Origin: Paraspadella gotoi
Taxonomy: Eukaryota; Animalia; Chaetognatha
Assembly: GCA_051294375.1 (NCBI GenBank)
Contig: CM119271.1
Span: forward strand, 3,007,061 to 3,071,060
DNA length: 64,000 nt
Reading direction: 5' to 3'
Positions 50,297 through 63,325 of this stretch are shown here, in pieces. The translations under genes and the position numbers were made by a program. Position 1 is the first letter of the stretch. Each line of letters starts with the position of its first letter. The notes under the pieces are model-generated. The model made no database searches. It worked only from the letters and a program-made list of their open reading frames with translations, and was not told where the DNA came from.

Positions 50297-52027
50297 AAAA
50301 ACATTCAACCTCTTCGAAAACGACATCCCGTCGGTGAAGATTTACGGAGCAATTCGATCTAAATTGTCCGATCGATCAAGAACGCTGCCCAATAGCGAAA
50401 TGCCCAATTGCCCAATTGCCCATGGACCTTCTCCTATTACGAATAGCGGCCAATGTTTTGAGAAAGATGATGTTCATGCTCATGGAGAAGGTCGTCCACT
50501 TTTATTTTTATGTAACATTTATGTTTAAATTTTTTTATTCTTATCGTCTTAGTTTGGGAGGACGAGTCAACCGACTTTATTAAAGTTAATATTTTTTGGA
50601 ATTTTTAAAGCTAGAAAACATTTTTTGCAAGATTGCAAGATTGTAAGATTGCAAGATTGCAAGATTGTAAGATTAACGAGAGTAAATTCGTTTTTTCTTG
50701 TCCATCCCTAGTCTCGCGAAAAAAGGCCTCGCTGGNNNNNNNNNNCTAGAAAACATTTTTTTTTGCTTTTGACTCTCCTTGCAAGATTGTAAGATTAACG
50801 AGGTAAATACGTTTTTTCTTGTCCATCCCTAGTCTCGCGAAAAAGGCCTCGCTGGGACCGTTAACGTCAAGCCCTACGTNNNNNNNNNNNNNNNNNNNNN
50901 NNNNNNNNNNNNNNNNNNNNNNNNNNNNNNNNNNNNNNNNNNNNNNNNNNNNNNNNNNNNNNNNNNNNNNNNNNNNNNNNNNNNNNNNNNNNNNNNNNNN
51001 NNNNNNNNNNNNNNNNNNNNNNNNNNNNNNNNNNNNNNNNNNNNNNNNNNNNNNNNNNNNNNNNNNNNNNNNNNNNNNNNNNNNNNNNNNNNNNNNNNNN
51101 NNNNNNNNNNNNNNNNNNNNNNNNNNNNNNNNNNNNNNNNNNNNNNNNNNNNNNNNNNNNNNNCAAAAGCCGATCGCCATTACTAATTAGTGACTCGGCT
51201 TTTCTGTTTTCTCCACTTTTCCGGAGCGTTCTTTCAGAGTTAGCCCATCATTTTTTTTTTTTNNNNNNNNNNNNNNNNNNNNNNNNNTTTTTGATAATGT
51301 GAAAATACATCATCTCCTATATTGATTCCAATTTGCAAGAGTAATGAAAAGTAAAAAGTAAAGAGAAGCTGGCACTAAATTTAAAATTAAAAGGCTTTAG
51401 GAATTTAGAGATAAATTGATAACAAAAAAAATGATGGGCTCACTCTGAAGAACGCTCCGGAAAAGTGGAAGAAAACATAAAAGCCGAGTCACTAATTAGT
51501 AATGGCGATCGGCTTTGAATTTGATTTTTTTGATCAGTGTTAGGATCGGGCAGGACTCGCGAGAAATATAACTCCGGACGTAGGGCTTGACGTTAACGGT
51601 CCCAGCGAGGCCTTTTTTCGCGAGACTAGGGATGGACAAGAAAAAACGTATTTACCTCGTTAATCTTACAATCTTGCAAGGAGAGTCAAAAGCAAAAAAA
51701 AATGTTTTCTAGCTTTAAAAATTCCAAAAAATATTAACTTTAATAAAGTCGGTTGACTCGTCCTCCCAAACTAAGACGATAAAATAAAAAATTTAAACAT
51801 AAATGTTACATAAAATAAAAGTGCACGACCTTCTCCATGAGCATGAACATCATCTTTCTCAAACATTGGCCGCTATTCGTAATAGGAGAAGGTCCATGGG
51901 CAATTGGGCATTGTCGCTATTGGGCAGCGTTCTTGATCGATCGGACAATTTAGATCGAATTGCTCCGTAAATCTTCACCGACGGGATGATAATTCGCTGT
52001 CGTTTTCGAAGAGGTTGAATGTTTTTT
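50297..52027. repeat. Large inverted repeat (~0.6-0.9 kb arms, centre ~51330) containing N gaps
   Basis: 50297-50880 is the reverse complement of ~51577-52027; 51164-51255 is the reverse complement of 51425-51517. Confidence 0.85.
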
Positions 52028-52269
52028 CTATTATCAAGCCCAATGACCGGCGAAGCCGGTTCAGGCTTGATATGAATTCGGGTGAGCTTCTTTGTGACGT
52101 AGTCGTCGTCGTCGTCGTCGTCGTCGTCGGCGTCGTCGTCGTCGTCGTCGGCCGTCACGCTGTTTTTAATATAAAAACTACTACGCTTTTATAGGTTTGG
52201 CTGTGACTTACCGTTTTTTTTAAAATAAAAATTATTATGAATTATGATAAAGTTTTACAAAAGTGTGCA

Positions 52270-52580
52270 TTCATAGTAAAGTTAAAAATTTAGATATGGG
52301 CTTCTCATCTTGAAATAGCTTTGATATTTCTTATTACATTTTTGTATTTAAAAGTATTTTTTGTTTGAAATTTCCACTTCATTATGATTTAACTGCAATA
52401 TGCAAATGTAGATTATAGTACTCATTATCATATCCAAATTAGTATAATAGAAATGCTTTAATCTAATTTACATATTGCAGTATATAATATTGAAGATGAA
52501 ATTCAAAAAAATTTTTTTAAATCTCTAATAAAAATGGGAACTCAAAATAACTTTTTAATGAGAAGCTATATCTTAATTTT
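52270..52580. mobile_element. AT-rich foldback/MITE-like imperfect palindrome
   Basis: ctgcaatatgcaaatgtagatta / taatctaatttacatattgcag and gcttctcat / atgagaagc nested inverted pairs. Confidence 0.45.
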
Positions 52581-54831
52581 AATACAATAAAAATAAATCT
52601 TTTACCCAAGCTGCGATTGGAAAAATTGGAAAAATTTTCCAATTGTAAACCATTGTAACATTTTTTTGCCTTTTCTTTTATTTCTTTTATTTTTTTTATT
52701 CTTTTATTTCAGAAAAAACGAGTTCAGTTTCTGCACTGACTGTACAGCGGCCTTCAAGCAGCTGTCCAGTTTGTCTCTCTTTCTCTCTCTTTCTCTCTCT
52801 TTCTCTTTCTGTCCTCTTTCTCTCTTACGATCTCCTTGCGTGATCGTGTCTTTTTTTGAAAAATTATGATTATGTTTTTTCTATAAAACTTTTATTCGGG
52901 AGCCTTTTTTCTCATACAAAATCCCAAATTTCACATCCGAGATTTTCCGTGGATACATTTTAAAAAAAGTGAAGAATAACTTATATTGACATGCATTGTC
53001 ACATGTAAATCAGCTAATGTGACTTATTATATATGCAGCACTTTCGGCGAACAATATGCATAACATTTAAAAAAAATAAATTTGTATTTATTTATATTGT
53101 AATTTGAATCCGGTTGCCCACTATTGGCCAAATTATATCTAAAAATAGGAGTTGATAAGAGAGATATAGTCAAATTTAAACATTACTTTTTTGTTATCTG
53201 TAATTTATACTAATTATAAATTATAAATATTTTTAGTGTATATATTTAATCATTTTTATCTTTTTTTTAAATAATAATTATTATGAGTTTGTGATAACTA
53301 TTTATAAATTAATTAACATATTGCAAATAATAAAATTTGACCTCGATGCTGGTTTCTTCCTAAAAAAAAGAACAATCAAAAATTTCATTCAAGATTAAAA
53401 TTTTTTAAAAATGAGGAAAAAAATATTTGGAAGTCAAAAATATCCATAGTCGTTAACTGAGTTGTTACGAAATCATTATCAATATATATACCGTGGAAAT
53501 CCAAACTTCTCTTCTTTCACCCGATGCTCTTTTATTTCTATTTTTACTAACGCAAGGAAATTCTATTTTCTTCCGCGATCACAGCGACATCTTTGGTTTC
53601 TAATTTGTATCATAGTATATATACTTAAGTACAGCTTCCGAGTGGCTACGCATGGCTGTTTCTGATTGGTTCCCGCCGTTTCTTTAGATCTCAGCCTTGA
53701 TTTCTATCGACGTGTAACCTCTCAGATTTGTTCAGTCTTGCAATGCGTTTTCAATACTTTTTTAAAGATAAGAATCGCTTTTTAGATATCTCGGAAACTT
53801 CTTTTTTAAAGAAACCTTGTGATCGCTGGATTGGTGGATTTTCCTTGTGATAGAGGCAACCTTTTTCTACAATTTTGGCTTCAGAAACAAGTAAGATGGA
53901 TTCTTTAAACTTTATATATATATTTGCTGAGTGTGTATTAAATGTTTTGTTATTCTTTGCCCAGGACTTCTAACTCCATCTCATCAACTTTAGATAGAAG
54001 TGCTGGGCTTCGACTTTGTCGTCAGATCATCATCTTGAGCGTCTTGACCGGCGCCATCGTCTCGTCCGCGCCATCTCAACTCGAATTCCTCTCGTTTTGA
54101 TAGCGCAGGATCAGCTCAGCCAGTTAGTTGTCAACGACAGCCACCTCTACGAACTTAGTTCAATACATTAGAAGTCTTCGTTTGCGGGACGCAGTGCTCA
54201 AGCGTTTCGTCGAAGATTCTCTAAGCCTCGACGGTTTCTGCGGGACCCGTCGGGAAGAAGATCCGCCAGCGTCGGCCTCTGGGTGCCGAGCGAATCGACG
54301 TTTCCATCATCGAAAGAACTTGCAAAACTTTCGACGGACGTAAGGATCCGGCGGCGCCTTCGGGACTGCTTTCATTGCGATTAGGGATCCTCGAACTAGC
54401 GACAACGCCGTCATCGTCTTTAGAAACTTTGCCGGAACTACGTTATCGCTCCTTCTCGATACTAGCAGTGAGATTGAAGTTCGGTTTCGATTCGTTTTGT
54501 TTCTACATCTTCGCGTCTTCGGCTGCTAACGACTTCGTGAAGCTTTCCAACGACTTCAAGGCCGCGATTGGTCACCAGCGGCAACGAATAGGATCGCGTA
54601 GAAATAAGCGCGCCAGAGATTAATAGCGTCGTTGAAACTCGAGTGCCGAAAACCTTGATCGGAATTCCCCTTTCGCGTTTTTTTTGTGGACTTCGTCGTT
54701 CGTTTGTAAGACGGATTTAGTTTCGCGCTAGTGCAACGAACGAGAAAAATATCGACAACTTCGCGACGCCCGACAGTATCCCTTTCCCAAACGCCATCGA
54801 GATATCGAGACTAACCCTTCTTCAAAGCGAC

Positions 54832-56667
54832 ATGGCTCAGATCCCTGCGAGCCGTACCCTTCAGGAATGCAATATCTTCCTAGCCAACTCCACGTCGATG
54901 AGGTGGTTGAAGCTCACGCGATTTCGTACGATCGCGCTAAGCCACCCCGACGCAGAAAACATCGCGGAAGCCAACGCGGAAAGACACGTAATTAAAATCG
55001 GTTTACGAAAGAATCCGTTCTGCGATATCCGGAGGTAACTGGAACGATGAGGCGATGGAGGTTCTGTCGACTTCCTCAACCGCCTCCACAATGTCCTTGG
55101 GCAGCGCCGCTTTCTCAATTCGCGGGCTAATTCAGTGTCGACGCGGGACTCATCGGTAGAAAGCCTAGCGTCGACAGGACGCTCCGTTCCCGCCGCAACA
55201 AGGATGACGACGAAGCCGGAGTTGCCGGAAATTCCCCATAGAAGGGAACCCATCCTTCGGCTGCAAACCGTCCGACGACGGGTTCGTGGCGTCCATCCCG
55301 GCCGTTCTCGCCCCCTCCACCGACTCCAGAAGATGACGTCGAAACGCCGTCCGTTTTATATCCGTCTAATATCCATGTGAATTCGACGGATGATCTGCGC
55401 GCCGAGGGAGATAAACATCGTCCCTACCTTATCAATCGACACCGCTACGAATGCGACTGCCGAACCTCGGATCTACCCCCACACGCTTCGGCGGAGGGTT
55501 TGGAGGGTCCTGAGATCGAGACTGTCGCTCGTACAGGAACGACGAGAGCACATAGTCTTCGCTCGGACATCGGAGCCGCAACGAGATCACTACTGGCATT
55601 TCGATGCCCGATCAAGCGTCTCTCGTCGGCGTCGAAGGAAGTGCGCCAGATTTCTCCGCAATATTTTCGACTCTTCGTGGAGCTTCGGACAGACTGAGAG
55701 AGATGCGCGACGCGACGGAGAACGATATACGTAACGTCGCCGCCGCAGATCGCGCATTAAGGACGAGGGCGGAAAGAAATGAGAGAGAAGAGAAGAACAT
55801 GCGTAGGTCTGCTGAACGAGTTTTTCGGCGAAGCCGAGGGAGACCTATTTCGACGCCTTACGCCGTCTTCAACTACGCGTACAGCAGAATGGGTCGAGGC
55901 TCAGCGGACTTCCCCCGTCTCGAGCCCTCTCTTCGACAACTTGTAAGCGGACTAAAAACTGAAACTCCCCCACCGGCCTACGACGTGAAGATTCGTCTCC
56001 ACGAATCTCCAGATCGGCTCAATGAAGTCGGCGCTACCCTTGCGCCAGCTCAGAGCGGACGTCCAACGTCGGATCAAGGAACAAGAAGCGAGGAGGCGGT
56101 GGGCGTTGGAGCTGCGGCCGATGAAGCTCCGCCCGCCGCCAATCCGCTGAGACATCCATTTGTGACTATGGAGTTTCTTCGCGACGCGATTAGGGACCTT
56201 TCAACGAGGGATTGCGTCGCCAGACGGAAGTAGAAGGGGCTGCGACTTCTCCCCCCTGTCCTCCGTCTACCGAACCTGCCGGCGCTCATACCGCTACGGC
56301 GATGAACGCCGAAGCGCCGGTATTTATTCCAAGAGAAGCAACGCCGATTCCACCAGCATCGAATGCTTCTCGCGTCTCACGGCATCCAACGGCGCCGTCC
56401 TCCAATCCGGCGCCGTCAGAGACAGCCTTCGACCGCTCCGCTGCGATGGCGACGGGCTTTCTAGGAATTCAAGCCCAGACTCTCGCCTTTCAATTGCTCC
56501 AGCAGCAGCACCCAAAAACCAAGTCGACGAAACAACGACAAGATTGGACTTTGAGCGCCAACTTCGAGATTTCAAGTCAGCGTCTGTGCGTTGGAGGGCG
56601 CTACGGATTCAATGAAGTTGAAGGAGCTCCCCCATTGGTTCGACGGTCTTCCCAAGCGATCGATTGA
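54832..56667 (+). other. GC-rich, intron-free, fragmented coding-like region of unknown identity (degenerate element or pseudogene)
   Basis: Overlapping + strand ORFs (54832-55038, 55390-55734, 55604-56233, 56212-56667) with exon-like composition, ending just before an A-tract at ~56673; no motif recognised. Confidence 0.35.
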
Positions 56668-57917
56668 ACGATTAAAAAAAAAAAAAAGGACCTTTCTGTC
56701 CATCTGCCTTTATTTTTCTTCCGCCTTTGACATTCTTCCTCTCTAAATATTTTTTTACAAATTTCTCTGATTTATTTTTTTATCATATTTTAACCAAGGA
56801 CCTCTCACTCCCACTTGAGCTTCCCAAGTTCCCCCTTTCTCTTCTAAATGCTCGGGTCGTTCCCGGGTCGATGGGAGATCATCTAAATTGTCTCGAGGGC
56901 GAATCAATATTAATGATATTCAGTGTTTATTTTTTTTCAAAGAAAAAAAAAACAATATTTCTGATCTTTAATCCAAAAGATGAAATACAGCTTGAAGACC
57001 TAATTTATTAATTTTGTTTAATTTTGTCTGGCCAAGCTACGATTTTAGTGTTTTGGAAATGCGCAAAGAACAAATTTTATTTGTCGAAAAAAAAAGTAGA
57101 TAAATACGATTATTTTTCTTATCTTTATTGTAAGCAGAATCATAAGTGAAGATGTTCGTGTACAAATNNNNNNNNNNACTATCGATACTCATACATCAAA
57201 TTTTCGAACCCTAACCCTCATCATACCTGATCGACAAAGTAGATTTTTACTTTATAACACTAGAGATATCATAGCAATTACAGTTAACCTCTCCGCCTCC
57301 CACTTCTCTCCCTTCCCCTTCTCCCAACTCGCGGTAGATAAACCGAACACCGTCCATCAATAATCCCCACCCAGCCGTCGCCCACCCGCCATGCCTGCGT
57401 CGCCCCCGTCCGACTGCACCAAACACCCCGAACCCACCCCCACAACTCTTTCTGATCCTCCTCGCGGAGTCAGTTCCCCCCCCCCCGCCCGCAGATGCGC
57501 GATTGTCGATCAGCTTCGTGTCGACGGGGTCCCGTTCACTTCGAGCGACTGCACGTAAAGAGCGTCTCTCGTCCCTTCGCATCCCGACGGTTAAAAAAAA
57601 AAAAAATCACGAAGGAAAACTGTTTGGTTTTTTAACCTTCTCCGTCTTTGGGAGTTTCAAAATTCGCAACGGGTAAAGCAATGTCTTTTTCTTTTCCATA
57701 CTTTTCAGAACAGTGTTAATTAATATTTGTTTTCTCCGTAAGCTTCTCATTATATCCACGACATGATCGAGAGAGTTGGTTCATTCGATCAGTTTTTTTT
57801 TTTTCACTCAATTCGTTCGTCCGATTCTCACCACGGATCTTCTTAGATTTGGGTTTCTTCTCTTCCTGTTTCCTTGTTGTTTTTTTTTTTTAAACAACTC
57901 GTGAGTTTTCTGCAAAC

Positions 57918-58620
57918 ATGAGTTTCGACTCTGTGAAAGTTCGTGCTAATCCTTGCGTCGGCATTTGGTACGAGCTTGTAACCCGACCGTTTTTGGTGGC
58001 GTTTTATTCGGAAGGCTACGCGTCGAAGGATTATAGCGTCGGGGTTTTTATCGAACTGGAGTTTCTATTCTGTGAGTAGCTGTTTGATTGGCTGATTCAA
58101 GTTTTAAATCGACAACCACATCGAAATGAATCGACTGTTATAAACATACAAAAACAACTTTAACAGAAACCACAACAACCATCTTTAAATGTTTAATAAC
58201 GACAAACATACGCAGATTGGATTAATCAAACCATTTCCTTCGCTTTACCCACCAGTCTCCTTGGCGTTTTACTTCGAGCTTTACAACTTAAACATCCCCT
58301 TGGTCGGGATTTGGCTGGAGACATACTTGACCGATAGAGACATACCCGTCGGCTTTTATGTCGAGACGCCCGCGGAAACGCTGGGGTGTTTCGACCGTTT
58401 GATCGGGGCCACGCCCACCGTCTTGCCTCCCGTCGATCCCTCGAATTTCCCGAATCTTTCTTCATCTTTCATCGACGATATTCGGTCCAAATTGGCGGAT
58501 TTCGAATTCGGTTTCTACTCGGAAGGTTTTCAGAGACTCGGCCATTCGGACTTTGACTTTTCCTCGAATTCGGTCGTTTACGTCGACGCTTTGGTTTTCA
58601 TCTCAGCGGTCGAGGATTAG
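57918..58620 (+). CDS. Two-exon gene, 172-aa protein of unknown function with seven short hydrophobic repeats
   Basis: Exon 1 57918-58071 (phase-1 donor T|GTGAGT), exon 2 58256-58620 (CCAG acceptor, phase matches). Repeats VGIWYE, VAFYSE, VGVFIE, LAFYFE, VGIWLE, VGFYVE, FGFYSE span both exons. Confidence 0.7.
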
Positions 58621-58795
58621 AGTTGATATCGACGATCATTGCCGGCTGTTTTTCCTTATTCGAGTTTTTATATACACTTTTGGGTAAATAAATTAATAAT
58701 TAGTACAATATATTAAAAAATCCGTAAAATTGTAGTTTTTCATATTCAAATATTTTGATGCCTTTGGTTTCAGTTGCGTGCTGTGATTCATAAAG

Positions 58796-60173
58796 ATGGC
58801 CGCCACGTGGGACGCCGTTCAAACGATGTTGGGAAAGATATGGACGAGACTCGAAGTCATCGATAAACTCGCCGAAGCGCAGGTTGTATTAAAGATATTT
58901 ATTTTTGTACAATTTTGTATAATAATTTTGTATAATAATTTTTAAAAAAAGATGTTTTAAAATTCCATGATTCTGGAGGTTTTGCAACATGAGAACAATT
59001 AAAAATCGTTTTCATATTAATTTTTTTTTCTTTTCCACTCTGTTTAATTTAATTATGTTTGTACTGAATCATCTCTCTTGTATTTGTGTGAAATCGCATA
59101 TAAGGGATTTTTTATTTGTGATTTTTTTCTTGATAACTGTGTAATGTAATTCTTTTTCCATTTTAGGGAAAACTTTGCCAGCGTTTGGACGAGTTGGAGA
59201 AGGCCTTGGGCCGTCTCGATCCTAATGCTTCTGCAAGTAAGTTTTTCTGAAATATTATTTTATGTCTTGAGAATATATGAAAGTTCCTGCTATTAATATT
59301 TAGAACACTATGTCCTCACATTCTTTTAAATTTAGGTGATGCAAAGACTCCTTCCCTGACAGCGGTTTACGACCCAATCACCAAAGGGGTCAAGCTCATT
59401 ACCATGGATCAATATCAAAGGCATTATGCTAAAATACCTCTTCCTAGCTACGTCGCAATTTACAATCCCGACAAGCAATGTGTCGATCTAATGTACGAAA
59501 AGCATTACAAGGAAGGTGCTCATTACGCCGCTGATCTTAAAGCTAGGTAAATCAAGAGCGGTTGTCTCACAAAATATAATAAGTCTGAAGAAGAAAAATT
59601 TTCATTTAAAAAATGAACACTTTCTCAATACAATTAATTTCTTTCTTATACAGGAGTCAACAAAAGTAATAGGTAATGATAATGGCGAATTAATTGCTGG
59701 CGCAAAACCCCCTTTTCCCATTCTATCATCCCACCACACCTCGAGGCTTGAGCAGCAAATAAAGCGCGCATTAACTATTTGTTTTCCAATCAGCTTTTTA
59801 AAAATAAAATGCATGATAATTGTATACATATCATGATTTTATAAGATTTAGCGGCTTAATTTTGGTAGCTATCGAATTATTGGAGTTTGAGGTGGGAGTT
59901 GAAAAATATTTAAAAAGTTTTTTTATTTACCTTTCGTTCTTATGTTCATTTAGGAAACCAAGGCCGATTCCCGAATACACTTGTGTTTACAATGAAGAAT
60001 CTCAAGAAATTAAACTGGAACTTTGGGAGAAGTACGTGCAAGCACATCATCCTCCTCGACCCGATTTTGGGTTGAAATACAACTCGAAAATACAAGGAGT
60101 GGAACTCGTTTTTTGGAGAAATTATGTTCCAGGAGCCGGATATTCCATTCTTTCAGTCAACGATTTCTTTTGA
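58796..60173 (+). CDS. Four-exon gene, 195-aa protein of unknown function: N-terminal coiled-coil-like segment + four ~28-aa repeats
   Basis: Exons 58796-58882, 59167-59236, 59336-59546, 59954-60173 with GT-AG sites and phases 0/1/2 summing to 588 nt without a stop; AATAAA ~30 nt after the stop. Confidence 0.8.
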
Positions 60174-62412
60174 ATCTTCATTGAAATGTCGTTAAGCGGG
60201 AAATAAACGGGAGGTAAATAGAAATGAGACCAACTTGATTGGGTGTATAATGTATATGAATACAAATGAATGTATATGAATTTACTGATTTCGCCTTTTC
60301 TTAACAGTGAAACCAGAAAACAATCTTGTGCACACTATCTAATACTATGGACGTTAACAAGCTTGAAGAAGACAATAACTACGCCCAATTATCCTTATTA
60401 ATATCATTGGAATCCTGGACATTCCAACAATACAAATATGTCGACATTTTTGTAATGTAACCAATAACCATTTACCAGACAAATCTCTCTGCTATTAATA
60501 AAACTGATTAGGAAGTTTTGCTTGAAAACTTATTTTCTCATCAATGAGGATCAGTTACAATTTCTATCGATATTTCTTTTTAGCTAATCAGACTGGTGTA
60601 ACATTTGAGAAATGTCTTTAAAATTTTTCATGATATTTATCAAAAACATTGGAAAAGTCATGAAATAACACTTACTAAATAATTTACATTCAAGCAAATA
60701 TTTTAGGACAGATGCTGTGTATAAGGCGCTTAGTGGGTGTAGAAAATGTTTATTATTTTCTATGAATATCCGGAACTTTTATGTATAAACCCCTCTAGGC
60801 GGTGTGAGCTTATGCAATACCCGACTATAATGGGTTTACGAAGTATAACAAAGAATTACGTGACTTCATTGAAATCATCGAAATCAGTAATTGATATATT
60901 CACTTTTCTCAGTTTAGAACTTTAAAGTAGTAATATATACAACGAATATTATTTGAAATTCGAACACAACACAAAAACAACAGCTCACCGCCTGTTTACA
61001 AATTCATAAAATTCAGCTCCTTGTAATTTGATGCTAGTGCGGAGTACAATATAGTATTTATCGATCTAATACTTAAGGGAGTGGTCTTTTCATACAATTG
61101 AAATATTATGCCACTTCATTGAGAGGGAAGCCAGGTACTCTGGCCCAGAGTCTGGGAGTGAATAAACGAGACTGTGAGAGAGTTTTGATCAAAATCGTGC
61201 AAGGACCTGCTATGTCATTATCTTGTAAGAGTGATGGAGGCCTTAAACCACCAAAGCCTGTCCAAAGTCAGGGACAATATAGCTTAAATGAAAGGATAAT
61301 TTTTGTACTGGTTGTACCAATTTTATACTGTTTTTTTTCTAATTAAATATTAGAGAGCCACGGATAAATTCAAATTTCGAAATTTTTGTAGTTAAGAAAG
61401 TTAATCAGAATATTTTTCATGGGCTTTACCAAGTAAGAAAACAATTATCTTCATTCTAACGGTTAATCATCTTAACAAATAATTATTAATGCTAAAATAT
61501 CGTTGGCTCCATTGCCTCTGTCTTTTGTTTCTCCCTAAGAAGAATCACGGAATTTCTTATTTGTTTACATCTTCGTCTTCAGAAAAAAAAATCTTCAGAT
61601 AAAAAAGGAAAATGAACATTGTCAATTAAATTATATGTCTATAAATATTATTAAAGATGGAATTAAAACCTCGTTCGTTTATCTTTTCGTTTAGATCGAT
61701 AGTGCCCCGCACTATCATCGAAAAATCGTCCTGGCTGAATAATTGTTCAGCATTTTACGCTTTCGTGTCGAATGTTCTGGCGTTTTCCACTCTTAGCTTC
61801 TTGCCTTTGTCACTGATTTGAAACATTGTGAAAAGATATATCACTACCGAAGCTCATTACGTAACTCTATCGAAATGAACCTGATAAATTAGTCCAGAAA
61901 TACGCTCTTTTTCACCTTAACATTTGACCAGATCACACGGAATTGAACCGTGCATCTGCACCTAAATTTCTAAGAAGTAAATAATTTGAAACTCTCGCTG
62001 TACTGATGTTGTCTACTTACCACCTTAATAATAAAAAAATAGTTGTATGCGTTGTGATTATTAATTGAACCCGTATAATTTTTCACGTCTGTAATCATGA
62101 TCACTCTAGGATATGAATTTCACTCTTCAGCCATTGAAATTGCATCTTTCTACATACTATTTACTTTCCACTTAACATTTAGTATCATTTTATGGTGAAT
62201 ATTTAGGATATCATAATCACAATTGTTGCGCAATCTTTGTTGGCTGTGGCGGTTTTTAGAAAACCAATTTTTAACATATTTTAAGGTTGATATAATTACA
62301 TAATATTTACTTCTTTGGTTGATTTTTTTTTGGTTTTTCAGATGCGCATTATATCGAATTAAATCCGTCTCGTCGACTCTGCCCAATACCGGCATAACCC
62401 TCCCATCGAAAC

Positions 62413-63325
62413 ATGTCGGACGCTGACGCCGGGCGGACCTGTTGGGTCTGCTTCGCCTCCGACGAGGACGCCCCGCGCGAGCAGTGGGTGCGGCCCTGCG
62501 GGTGTCGCGGCGCCACCAAGTGGGTCCACCAAAACTGCGTCAATCGATGGATCGACGAGAAACAAAAGGGTAATTCGACGGCGAAAGTCTTTTGTCCTCA
62601 GTGCAACAAGGAGTACGCCTTCACATTTCCGAAGATCACCCATCTTGTCCGCGTCCTTGATCTCGTCGAACGCGGCGTCGTCAAATTCTGCCCGTATCTC
62701 GCCGGCGTCGTCTTTATCGGCGCCATGTACTGGGGCGCCGTGACCCACGGCGCCATCACTGTCATGCAGGTCCATTTGGGTTTTCTGGGTTTGACGACAG
62801 AATTTGTCCTCAATTACACGATGAATTCAGGTGATGGGCAACAGGGAAGGCCTCACGCTAATGGAGGAGAGCGACTCTTTGGTTCTGCTGATCGGGCTCC
62901 CCACGATCCCCGTTGGTCTCGTCCTGGCCAAGCTGACCCGTTGGGAGGATTACGTTCTTCAATGGTGGCGCGGATACTTGCGGCCTTTTCTAGCCTCGGC
63001 GTCTTCCTCCTCATCCTTGCCGACCCAACCGGCGCGAATCCCGGCGGATCCCGCGTCGATCGCGGATCCCGTCTCGGCGACGCGCGTCGTCGTCGGCGCC
63101 CTGCTTCTCCCGACCGTCTCCACAGTGTGCGGGCAACTCTTTTTTAAGAGGGAGAGGAACAACTTTAAACGGACCATGCTGGGGGGCGCTACGTTCGTGT
63201 TGATCAAGGGCCTGCTGAAGCTCTACTACAAGCAGCAGCAGTACGAGCGACAGGTGCAGCGACAGGTGTTGGACTACGAGGTGGCTCAGAAGTTGGCCGC
63301 CGCCGCCTCCGATCGCGATCTTTGA
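62413..63325 (+). CDS. MARCHF5: Mitochondrial RING-CH E3 ubiquitin ligase MARCH5/MITOL
   Basis: RTCWVCFASDED..WVRPCGCRGATKWVHQNCVNRWIDEKQKGNST..CPQC; YWGAVTHGAITVMQ|VMG; GLPTIPVGLVL; SATRVVVGALLLPT; 61-bp intron 62770-62830 in phase 0. Confidence 0.96.

Noticed and set aside
57240-57590. 111-aa Gly/Arg-rich minus-strand ORF
   Set aside because: Low-complexity G/C-run sequence with no motif or splice support.
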